DNA of 63,980 nucleotides, filler included, from Pelomyxa schiedti (taxonomy: Eukaryota > Protista > Evosea), in NCBI GenBank assembly GCA_020536535.1. It is 10 parts of 10 records of this genome, joined end to end, with 100 filler letters (N's around TTAATTAATTAA, not from the genome) between each part and the next. Parts side by side here need not be neighbours in the genome. Positions count along the whole stretch, not along the records: positions 24,968 to 26,491 come from JAHLWZ010002444.1; positions 26,592 to 40,485 come from JAHLWZ010001181.1; 8 more parts are not named here. One strand, 5' to 3'. Shown piece after piece: positions 24,968-34,656 of this stretch. The first letter of the stretch is position 1. Every line of letters begins with the position of its first letter. A program made the position numbers and the translations under genes. The notes under the pieces were generated by a model. That model worked only from the letters and a program-made list of their open reading frames with translations, was not told the origin of the DNA and made no database searches.

Positions 24968-26491
24968 GCTCTGGGGATTTCTGGGTTTTCTCAACCATTT
25001 CACCAAAAACAGATCAAATCAACACTGTGTGAGCTGCAGTATTGTTGTGAGGAACCTACAAACACGCCATCTCCAGCCACGTGCAAGTGCTCCTCATGCC
25101 ATGGAATGCTCTTTTGTGGTCCTTGTTTCAGGCAGCATCACCAAAGGGGTATCCGAGGTCACCAGGTGGGCTTTTTCCCTCATTTCTTAAGTTAATTATA
25201 TTGTTCACAATGATACCAGGCAACAGCAATTCCAACGCAAGGGAGGGACTCCCCTCCTACAACAACTGCAACTAAAATGTGCCCTCATCATGCAAATAAG
25301 GAACGAGACTTGATGTGCTCATGTGGTGTCCCAATATGTTATTTGTGTGAGAAAACCAAAAAGCACTCTGGTCACACAAGCATCCCACTAGTTGACAGCA
25401 TTGCCCAGAAGGTCTTGGAACTGAAAGGTGTGTGCCTCTCTTTGCCTTTCACTCATCTAATTCATTGGATTTAAAAGGCAAACGCAGTCCTCTTGTTTTC
25501 CTGGTTACCAACTAAACAACATAAAAAATAGGACTCACAAAGGAATTGAATGACGTTTCGGAAAAGGAAGCTGAGGCCATTTCAAAAATCAGTTCAGAGC
25601 AACTGTCAGTGCCAAAGGTGAATTGCACAGCACCTTCCATGTCTGTAAACAAAACGCAGGTAATAACTGACGGTTGCATGTCAATTCTGGCTGATTTGCA
25701 GTTGGTTCAGAGTGCAGTTGAGACTAGGTGCAAGGAGATCAACGAAATGTCACAGTCACTCTCTGATGCAATGAGTGATGCTTTTCCCTCCCCAACAACA
25801 CGAAAACTAATCATGCAACCAACCTTTTAACTTAACATGGATCCTAACAGCACACAACCTGGGAATTCAGTGCAACTCCTTGGAGGCTGTGGTGAAGAAC
25901 CACCGAGCTCTGATTTCAAAGGCAAACCAAGTTGCCCAACAACAGCCTCCTGCTGACCAACAGCAGCATCTGGAAGTGCTGCAAGCACACTCAATCCTCT
26001 CTTCCTTCCTGTTGGACAAGACATTGCTCCTGGTATGATTCATTCATCCCAATTCACATGAGTTCACGTTTTTTGTTTTCTCCCCTTTCACACAGGATAC
26101 ACACAGACTTGAACCATGTGAGCAAGCAAAGGCAGTCACATGCAGGAGCGGCCCACGTGATGAGGTGATTGGGATGATCAGGGTGTTTGGAACAGTGAGC
26201 AAAGGGAGGGTGCCAAACACACCCAGTGGTGGCAGGGCACCAATGTGTACAAGGTCATCAGACACTGCAATAGTAGTCCAGTGGGACCAGCCTTCTCCCC
26301 TTGTCGATCAGACTCCGCTCGAACAAGTCGTGGGTTACAACGTGATTGTCTCCCCCTCAAATTCAGCTTCTGCTTCTTCATCACCACCAGCAACAGAAAC
26401 AGAAGGAAGAGTGGGCGCGACGAGAAGGCCATTGGAGGCCATGGTGTCCTTGTTTGAGGTGAAGGGGAGGGAGACAACCAAGTGTGATGTG
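24968..26491 (+). CDS. TRIM-like protein fragment: two B-box zinc fingers, coiled coil, FN3 domain
   Basis: ATCKCSSCHGMLFCGPCFRQHH..GH; MCPHHANKERDLMCSCGVPICYLCEKTKKHSGH; helical region; PMCTRSSDTAIVVQWDQP..VVGYNV. Both ends truncated. Confidence 0.8.
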
Positions 26492-26593
26492 NNNNNNNNN
26501 NNNNNNNNNNNNNNNNNNNNNNNNNNNNNNNNNNNTTAATTAATTAANNNNNNNNNNNNNNNNNNNNNNNNNNNNNNNNNNNNNNNNNNNNAT

Positions 26594-29500
26594 GGAATTG
26601 TTTACAGGACAGGTGACCTTGGGAGGCTCCTCCCGAGTGGTGATGTTGAATTTCACGGGAGAGTTGACTTCCAGGTGAAGCTTCACGGTCTGAGGATTGA
26701 ATTGGGTGAGATCGAGAAAGTGATTCACAGTCATGGAATGGTGGAAGCTTGTACCGTAGTTCTCAGAGAGGACCAACCTGGTGTGAAGTTCCTTGCAGCT
26801 TATCTCGTTCCGAAGGACAAATCTCTTGCTTCAAGCAACAGTTCTTCTTCCCTTATTTCTGAAGTGAGAAACTTCCTGGAGTCAAAGTTTCCGTTGTACA
26901 TGGTCCCGAGCACCTACACTGTGATGGAACAGCTCCCACTCACTTCGACAGGCAAACTCAACATAAAGTCGTTGCCGATTCCAAGTGCTGTAGAAGCCAA
27001 TCCCTCAACATCTAGATCCCCGTTTAACGAAAGCACCATTGGCGAAGAGGAAAGGGTTCTGTTGAACTGTTGGAAGGAAACTCTTCCAAGTGGATCATCA
27101 GCACTGACTCTGGACACGGACTTCTTCCAAGCAGGTGGAGACTCCATCATGGCTCTCCAGGCGGCATCAAAGGCACGAATGAGAGGTTTGAATGTTACAC
27201 TGAGGGATTTCTTTGAACTCAGAACTATTGGGAGGATTATTGCTGCTAAAGTGACTGTAAACCTTGTTTCATCAGATCACCACCTTCCGGACCCAAAAAT
27301 GATGATTTGTCTTCCAGCCGATGCCATTCCTGAACGTTTCCTCAGTTTATTGAAAGAGAAAGGAATCGCCGAGGACCAAGTTGAGTCTGTGTTCCCGGCA
27401 ACACCAAACCAAGTCGGGATCTTGCTTCAGTGCTTCGCTGGTGGAGATAAGGACTCCCAGCAATATGAAGAACGGGGAGGAGGACTATACAATACACAGC
27501 TACGTATTGACTATCAGGGCGATCTCGATGTTGGGTTGTTCAAGAGGGCCTGGGAAGCTGTCGTTGATGACCACCCTGCTCTCCGCTCTTCAATTCTTTT
27601 CCACGCCCCAACCACAACCGACTGTTCTGACCAAAATCCGTTTGTGCAAGTTGTTTTCAAACACGTCGACCTAGACTGGGACCAACCCGATCTGACAGGT
27701 ATTGAATCAGCAAGCAGTGGAACGCCCGATGAACGGTTGATTCAATTTACAGCCAAGATGAAGGTTGCACCTTTCGACTTTGAGAAGCCAAGCTTGCTCC
27801 GGTGTCATGTTGTCAGCCACATAGGTACAACCACTCTCGCGCCGCCATTTCGCCATACGTTCATCTGCGAAGTGCACCACGTAATCACTGACGGGTGGAG
27901 CACAGCAAACATCATCCACCAGGTCCACGAGACATACTCCTCTATGTCGTCGTCTTCTTCAAATGGGTCGCCTCCAAGACAATTGAGAGGACGCATTGTG
28001 GTTCACAACTTCATGAAGTGGCTCTCTGTAAGGGATAACAAAAAAGGAGTGCAGTACTGGGAGAAGTACTTTGATGGGTTTTCCGAACCCACTCCTCTTC
28101 CGTTTTACAGCTTGACTACCGCAATATCACCAACCAACATCAAGAACAGTGAAAAGAACATCAGCATCAAGTGCGCAAATGAATCAGCGCAGGAGGACAC
28201 ACACCAGTCGTTCCGTTTTGAGATTGGTACCACACTCACAAGGAAGGTTCACGAGTTTGCCAAGTCACACAACACAACAGTGAACGTTGTGCTGCAGCTG
28301 ACGTGGGGGCTCGTCCTGCACACACTGGCAGGGTGGTTGCACTCTGACACGTCTGACGATGCCACATTCGGCACAGTATTGTCAGGGAGGCCCGATGAAG
28401 TGGACAACATTGGTGAAGGTGTTGGCCTGTTTGTCTGCACCATACCGGTTCGTTTGAGGGTGCAAGCCAACACTTCTACAGTTGGCAGCCTCCTTGAGGA
28501 ACTCCACAGGCACATCCTTCTTGATATGACAGAACACGCCTCGTCTGTTCACCTTGGGGAAATCACACAGATTGTACGAAGGAGGCACCCAGAGGTGCAG
28601 ACTTTGTTTGAAACCCTTTTTGTATTCCAGAACTTCCCGATCCCGAGCTTCGAACAATACAGCTTGAAGGGGTTGAGTGTGACAGGTTATTCAGGGAGTG
28701 AGCAGTCACACTACCCTCTGGTTCTGACTGCTTCCCTGTCATCGCTGTCTGCAGCAAAGTGTGCCTCACTCTCACCCTCTTCCCAACACCACAAAGTCGA
28801 AGTCATCAAGTTGTGCTTTGACTACAACACGGTGATACATTCACAAGGAGACCTTTCTCGGGTGAGAGATTGCTTTGAGCATCTCCTTGGAAGCGTTGTG
28901 TCTGACCCGGTCAATGAAAGAAAGATTTCTGACCTTGACAAAGTATCACCTTCTGACAAGCAATTCCTCACAGAAATCAACACCACAAACAAAGAGTTCC
29001 CAGGAAAGGAAAAAACTGAACTTGCAGTACAGAAGGCAGTTCACTTCATGTTCGAGGAGTCTGTCTTAAAGCATGGGAGTTTGCCGGCACTGAAGTTCAA
29101 TACCAAAACAGTCACTTACGAGGAACTTAACAACAGGACCAACCAACTTGCACACTTCCTCAAATCGACACACCCCGAGGCTGTTGGGCCAGGCAAGTTC
29201 ATCCCAATCATCGCAGAGAGGTCAATCGAGCAATTCGTTGCACTTTACGGTGTTCTCAAGGCGGGAGCAGCATATGTTCCCATCGACCCGGAATCACCCC
29301 CCGACAGAATCTCCGCGATCCTCGAAGACATCTCACCTGTTTCCGTTGTCATCCTGTCACACAAGTCACTCAGATCACAGCTCCCACCTGAACAGCCGTT
29401 CCAAGTGATCTCGATTTTGGAGGATGGTGACTTGTGGAAATCGTTCCCAACAACGAATCCACCACACAACATCGAGACAGGATCAGAAGAAGTTTACGCG

Positions 29501-32500
29501 ATCTTCACGTCTGGATCGACAGGGAAACCAAAGGCAGCAGTGAATCACCACCTCGGTGTGGCAAACTTTGTGATGTGGCTCAGGGACGAATACAAACTCA
29601 CAACCGAAGACAGGATCCTCCACAAGACACCGGTCTTCTTCGACGGATGTGCCCTCGAGGTGTTTGCATCCCTCGTTTCCGGTTCATGCGTCGTGATTGC
29701 TCCTCCTGGTGCTCACCAAGATCCGGAGCAGCTCCTACAGTTGGTGAGGGACAACAGAGTCACTGTCTTGCTTCTGGTTCCAACGATGCTTCGTGAGTTC
29801 ATTTCAACCGTGGCTCTGGCAGGAAAGTGCAGATTCTCCCTGAGAGCTGTAATATCCGCAGGCGAGTCACTCCACTGGGAACTGGTCCACAGGGTGTTTG
29901 ATTGCCTTGGAAAAGACATCACGTTCCACAATCATTACGGCCCATCAGAGGCATCGTGTTGCACAACGTTCCTCGACTGCTCGGAATCGCTCAAGAATCA
30001 CCCCGAGATGGAAACCAACAACGCAGTGGTTCCACTCGGGAAGCCAATCCCGAACGTGAGGGTGGTGATCGTTGACAGGAACCTGCAACCAGTTCCGATT
30101 GGGGTTGTTGGTGAGATTTGTGTTGGGGGAGTGTCTGTTGGGAAGGGATACCTCAGCAGGCCCGAACTCACTTCTTCGAAGTTCGTGAGTGCGCCAGCGA
30201 GTGATGGAATTGTTTACAGGACAGGTGACCTTGGGAGGCTCCTCCCGAGTGGTGATGTTGAATTTCACGGGAGAGTTGACTTCCAGGTGAAGCTTCACGG
30301 TCTGAGGATTGAATTGGGTGAGATTGAAAGTACAATTCTGAAGAACGTCTCCGTTGAATCGTGTGCTGTGATCGTCAGGGAGGACACACCTGGTGTGAAG
30401 TTCCTTGCAGCTTATCTCGTTCCGAAGGACAAGTCCTCCCTCCCTTCTGCCTCCACGTCAACTTCAAGGGCAACTGTAAAAGCGGAGATCACAGCACTCC
30501 TGCAGTCGCTGCTTCCACCCTACATGGTCCCGAGCACGTTCACACTGCTTCCTCAACTTCCGCTCACACCAACTGGAAAACTGGACAGGAAAGCTCTCCC
30601 AGTTCCTGGTGCGGAACAACCATCGCCAGCTCCGAGTTTTGATGCTCTTTTACCCACTGAGGAACTTCTTGTCCAGTGCCTCAGAGATGCCCTACCGTCC
30701 GCTTTTGTGTCGGTACTAAAGTCAAATTCGGACTTCTTCAGTTCGGGTGGAACCTCACTCTACGTCATCAGAGCGGCGGAAGCAGCACGGAAGCGAGGAA
30801 TCAAACTCACCCTGAGAGACTTCTTTGAAGGGAGAACAATAAAGGGAATTGCCGCAAGAATAGGAAATTTAACACCTATGGCAGTGGTGGACAAGCAAGA
30901 ACGGCCACAAGAGATACCGTTGTCCTTCGCACAACAGAGGCTTTTCTTCCTCGACAAAATGTTTCCTGGATCAACGCAATACAACATGTGTGGGGGTGTG
31001 GAATTGGAAGGAGTCCTGGATGGCATTCTCCTCCATCAAGCACTGCGTTCTGTTGTTCTTCGCCACGAATCCCTTCGAACCCGCTTTGCGGGAGACATTA
31101 CAGCCCACCAAATCATAATTTCTGAGGAGGATGTGGATAGCTCTTTCGAAATGCAAACGGCAGTGTTTAGTACTAATGGAATCCCAAAAGAAAAGTGGCT
31201 GGAATCAATCCTTGCTCGGGAGTCGCAAAAAGTATATAACTTGCAGACAGGCCCACTCCTGAGGATGACCTTCTGCAAGGTCGATGAAGAAAAGTGTGGT
31301 CTGATTGTTTGCATGCACCACATCATCTCGGACGGTTGGTCGATGGGTGTATTCCTCAAGGACTTGACAGAAGCTTACAACAACGGTGTTGGGAGGAAAA
31401 CAACTGCATCTACCTCAAGTGCTGTTCCCCTCATTCCAAAACTCGCAGTCCAATACGTCGACTTCGCACTCTGGCAAAAGAAATTCTTGGATAGTGACAA
31501 CTTTGGGAAACAGCTTGAATACTGGCAGAAAGACCTCGAAGGTGTCACGGAGGTTGCGGCACTTCCATTGGACAGGCCAAGGACAAACAAGAGAAATTAC
31601 GAAGCCGGCACAGTCATCTACCAAGTCCCGATTGCACTTTGGCAAGAACTCGTACAGCTTGGCCAATCACACAGAACAACGCCTTTCAGCACACTCCTCG
31701 CGGTGTTCCAGGCACTCCTGCACAGATACAGCAGGATGGAAAGTGAGGGAGACATAGTAGTTGGGATTCCGACAGCCAACAGGCATTACCCTGGCGTGGA
31801 ATCGATGATTGGGTTCTTTGTCAACACACTTGTTATCAGGGTGTCTGTGGATAACAACGAGGGATTTGCATCACTCCTTGACAAAGTGAGCAGGAAGGTG
31901 ATGGCTTCACAGGGAGCGCAGGATGTCCCGTTTGACAAGGTGGTGGAAGTTGTTGGTGTGGAGAGGAGGCTGAGCGTGCAACCTCTTATTCAAGTGATGT
32001 TCACGATGGACGAGTGGAACTTGCTGGACAAGTCCACGTTCTCGATGGCAGGGGTGAAAGGAGTCAGGGAAATCCCGATGACTAAGGAAGGACTCACCAA
32101 GTTCGACCTCACACTCTCGGCCACCCAGCGGGAATCATCACTGGAACTGAACTTCGAGTTCGCCAGAGATATTCTTGACACCGAAACAGTTGAATCTATG
32201 GCGGTGTTCATGGAGATACTGATCCGGCGCGCTGTCTCTGTGCCCTCTGATCCGATCTGGAAAATTGTTTCACTTGCACCAGCAGAGGAAAGGAGAATCG
32301 AGGAGTGGAACTCCACAGCCCCTGTGGAACCGTTCAAACCACTGATGACACTTTTCGAGGAGCAAGTTGAGAAACACCCCACAGGCGTAGCACTCAAGAT
32401 GGGGAGCAAAACACTGACGTTCCACATGCTGAACTGTCAAGTCAACCAGCTCGCCAACTTCCTCATCGATAAGTACAGTATTCAACCCAACGATTTTATT

Positions 32501-34231
32501 GCAATCCTGTCGGACATATCCTTTGAGTTATTCGTGGCAATTTACGTAGTTCTCAAGTCCGGAGGAGCTTACCTTCCAATCGACTTAGACTCTCCCTCAG
32601 ACAGAATTCTATCCTTGTTAAACGATGCCAAACCCAAAGTCATCCTGATCTCCAAAAGTTCATTCCTAGACCTGATTCCTTCAAGCTGCGGAGACGAATT
32701 TCCAGTCATCAGTCTTGATGGTACTGAATACGTACACTCACCAGTCACGAATCCTCCATGCCCAATCAAGACAGGAGAGGAGAGCATTTATGTCATCCCG
32801 ACGTCTGGTTCCACTGGAATTCCGAAACTTGCAGTAACCAACCACCTCGGGGCCACCAACTATGTGCGGTGGTTTCACACAACAGACCTGCAAGGGACCG
32901 CCAGCGACCGTTGCCTCCACAAGACCCCATATTACTTCGACGCTTCCATCGGGGAGATATTCTCACTATGTGTGAGTGGGTGCACAGTCGTGCTCCCAGA
33001 GCGACCTGAACACATCAAAGATCCGGAGGAGATCCTCAAGCTGATCGTTTCAGAGAAGATCACCTTGGTGGACACGGTCCCCACTATGCTCAACGAGATA
33101 ATTTCCCTTGCTGAATCCCTGCACCTGGAACCAGATTCCATTGCTCTTAGGCACGCGATCACGGGAGGGGAGGCACTGCACTGGGAACTCGTGAGGAACT
33201 TTATGAAGGTTTTCCCGAGGACAGTCCTTGATAATCATTACGGGCCCTCCGAAACCTCATGCAGTACAACGTTCTGGACAACAGAGGAGTTCGATCCAAA
33301 GGCACCGATTCATTGGCCAACACCTCTTGGAAAACCTGTGCCGGGTGCGAAGGTGTTCCTCTTGGACAATAACCTCCACCCAGTGCCGTTTGGAAGCGTT
33401 GGCGAGATTTGCATTGGGGGGATTGCAGTTGGAAAGGGATATATCAATAGGGAACAGTTGACAGCAGAAAAGTTTGTCAATGTTCCGTTCTGTGCGGGGA
33501 AGATTTACCGGACAGGTGATTTGGGCAGAATCCTACACCGCAACGGGGAGCTCCAGTTTGTTGGAAGGATTGATTTCCAGGTAAAACTGAACGGGCTGAG
33601 GATCGAACTTGGCGGGCTTGAAAGCACACTTCACACGCACACTTGCGTGAAAGATGCAGCTGTTGTCATGAAGACCAACAGCAGAAATGGCTCAAAATAC
33701 CTTGCTGGTTACGTTGTCCCGTCACAGGACGTACTCGATGAGAAGGGAGTTGATCTCGAAGGGACACCGGCATTCACCAAAGTGGTTGTTCCAGGCCTGG
33801 AATCGGAACTCCTGGACTTCATGGCCACCAAAGTTCCGCAATATATGATCCCCAGCACCATGACATTCCTGAGCTCAATGCCCGTGAGCAGGTCCGGCAA
33901 AACAGACAGGAAGGCACTAGAGGCAATGGTCGAGGAAGAAGAAGAGCAAGAAGAAGGGGAGCAACCACCAATAACAGAGAATGAGAAGCTGGTCTGTGAT
34001 ATTTGGCAGGAGGCATTTGGATTCTCAGGTGGAATCAGGACCAACTTCTTCCATGCCGGCGGGAACTCCATTATCCTAACCAGGGTTTCCAAGATGATGC
34101 TTTCACATGGAATCCTCATCACAATGGAGCAGTTCTTCCAAGAACCAACGATCTTCGGCCTCGCCAGAATCGCCGATGAACAGCAGCAGAAACAAAAGAA
34201 TCTCCATTCACATTCTAATTCTAATACATAA
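26594..34231 (+). CDS. Multimodular non-ribosomal peptide synthetase, 5'-truncated: [A]-T-C-A-T-C-A-T
   Basis: >2500-aa open frame. T motifs FFQAGGDSI (~27130), FFSSGGTSL (~30745) and FFHAGGNSI (~34058). C motifs HHVITDG (~27875) and HHIISDG (~31316). A motifs TSGSTGKPK and TSGSTGIPK, NHYGPSE, GEIC.GG..VGKGY, YRTGD, QVKL.GLRIELG and A10 lysines. Confidence 0.97.
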   Translation, partial: GIVYRTGDLGRLLPSGDVEFHGRVDFQVKLHGLRIELGEIEKVIHSHGMVEACTVVLREDQPGVKFLAAYLVPKDKSLASSNSSSSLISEVRNFLESKFPLYMVPSTYTVMEQLPLTSTGKLNIKSLPIPSAVEANPSTSRSPFNESTIGEEERVLLNCWKETLPSGSSALTLDTDFFQAGGDSIMALQAASKARMRGLNVTLRDFFELRTIGRIIAAKVTVNLVSSDHHLPDPKMMICLPADAIPERFLSLLKEKGIAEDQVESVFPATPNQVGILLQCFAGGDKDSQQYEERGGGLYNTQLRIDYQGDLDVGLFKRAWEAVVDDHPALRSSILFHAPTTTDCSDQNPFVQVVFKHVDLDWDQPDLTGIESASSGTPDERLIQFTAKMKVAPFDFEKPSLLRCHVVSHIGTTTLAPPFRHTFICEVHHVITDGWSTANIIHQVHETYSSMSSSSSNGSPPRQLRGRIVVHNFMKWLSVRDNKKGVQYWEKYFDGFSEPTPLPFYSLTTAISPTNIKNSEKNISIKCANESAQEDTHQSFRFEIGTTLTRKVHEFAKSHNTTVNVVLQLTWGLVLHTLAGWLHSDTSDDATFGTVLSGRPDEVDNIGEGVGLFVCTIPVRLRVQANTSTVGSLLEELHRHILLDMTEHASSVHLGEITQIVRRRHPEVQTLFETLFVFQNFPIPSFEQYSLKGLSVTGYSGSEQSHYPLVLTASLSSLSAAKCASLSPSSQHHKVEVIKLCFDYNTVIHSQGDLSRVRDCFEHLLGSVVSDPVNERKISDLDKVSPSDKQFLTEINTTNKEFPGKEKTELAVQKAVHFMFEESVLKHGSLPALKFNTKTVTYEELNNRTNQLAHFLKSTHPEAVGPGKFIPIIAERSIEQFVALYGVLKAGAAYVPIDPESPPDRISAILEDISPVSVVILSHKSLRSQLPPEQPFQVISILEDGDLWKSFPTTNPPHNIETGSEEVYAIFTSGSTGKPKAAVNHHLGVANFVMWLRDEYKLTTEDRILHKTPVFFDGCALEVFASLVSGSCVVIAPPGAHQDPEQLLQLVRDNRVTVLLLVPTMLREFISTVALAGKCRFSLRAVISAGESLHWELVHRVFDCLGKDITFHNHYGPSEASCCTTFLDCSESLKNHPEMETNNAVVPLGKPIPNVRVVIVDRNLQPVPIGVVGEICVGGVSVGKGYLSRPELTSSKFVSAPASDGIVYRTGDLGRLLPSGDVEFHGRVDFQVKLHGLRIELGEIESTILKNVSVESCAVIVREDTPGVKFLAAYLVPKDKSSLPSASTSTSRATVKAEITALLQSLLPPYMVPSTFTLLPQLPLTPTGKLDRKALPVPGAEQPSPAPSFDALLPTEELLVQCLRDALPSAFVSVLKSNSDFFSSGGTSLYVIRAAEAARKRGIKLTLRDFFEGRTIKGIAARIGNLTPMAVVDKQERPQEIPLSFAQQRLFFLDKMFPGSTQYNMCGGVELEGVLDGILLHQALRSVVLRHESLRTRFAGDITAHQIIISEEDVDSSFEMQTAVFSTNGIPKEKWLESILARESQKVYNLQTGPLLRMTFCKVDEEKCGLIVCMHHIISDGWSMGVFLKDLTEAYNNGVGRKTTASTSSAVPLIPKLAVQYVDFALWQKKFLDSDNFGKQLEYWQKDLEGVTEVAALPLDRPRTNKRNYEAGTVIYQVPIALWQELVQLGQSHRTTPFSTLLAVFQALLHRYSRMESEGDIVVGIPTANRHYPGVESMIGFFVNTLVIRVSVDNNEGFASLLDKVSRKVMASQGAQDVPFDKVVEVVGVERRLSVQPLIQVMFTMDEWNLLDKSTFSMAGVKGVREIPMTKEGLTKFDLTLSATQRESSLELNFEFARDILDTETVESMAVFMEILIRRAVSVPSDPIWKIVSLAPAEERRIEEWNSTAPVEPFKPLMTLFEEQVEKHPTGVALKMGSKTLTFHMLNCQVNQLANFLIDKYSIQPNDFIAILSDISFELFVAIYVVLKSGGAYLPIDLDSPSDRILSLLNDAKPKVILISKSSFLDLIPSSCGDEFPVISLDGTEYVHSPVTNPPCPIKTGEESIYVIPTSGSTGIPKLAVTNHLGATNYVRWFHTTDLQGTASDRCLHKTPYYFDASIGEIFSLCVSGCTVVLPERPEHIKDPEEILKLIVSEKITLVDTVPTMLNEIISLAESLHLEPDSIALRHAITGGEALHWELVRNFMKVFPRTVLDNHYGPSETSCSTTFWTTEEFDPKAPIHWPTPLGKPVPGAKVFLLDNNLHPVPFGSVGEICIGGIAVGKGYINREQLTAEKFVNVPFCAGKIYRTGDLGRILHRNGELQFVGRIDFQVKLNGLRIELGGLESTLHTHTCVKDAAVVMKTNSRNGSKYLAGYVVPSQDVLDEKGVDLEGTPAFTKVVVPGLESELLDFMATKVPQYMIPSTMTFLSSMPVSRSGKTDRKALEAMVEEEEEQEEGEQPPITENEKLVCDIWQEAFGFSGGIRTNFFHAGGNSIILTRVSKMMLSHGILITMEQFFQEPTIFGLARIADEQQQKQKNLHSHSNSNT

Positions 34232-34656
34232 GCCTCCTTCTCTTCCACAGACTCAGCACACACCACGGCAATGTACCTAAGGCACCATGTGAGACATGCA
34301 TTTGTTTGTTTTTTTTTTTTTGTGAGTTTTTTCAATATAAGTTACGTTTGGGATTCTGAGAGATTTTTGAGCACTTCCTAAAGCGTTGCAAAAAAACAAG
34401 CCCCTCACCGGATATTCTCTTTTTTGTCACCCTAACTGTTAGGGGCAGAAATTCACTGAAGCCTCATCACCTCTTGAGTTTCCGGACTTCCAAAGCTTGA
34501 CCAACGCAACAGGAAAATCCAGAGACAGACGCTGGCTCTGGTTGTCTTAGCGTTCGAACAACTTCGGTGATCGTTTTTTATGCCATGATCACAGGCCAGA
34601 ACTCGGTTGAATGGCAGATTGAATTAATTTTACCGTCGCAATAATTGGCCCTGGTA

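Noticed and set aside
26594-34231. NRPS as a bacterial contaminant contig
   Set aside because: Contiguous with intron-containing RAD17 and no operon neighbours; only a chimeric assembly would rescue this explanation.
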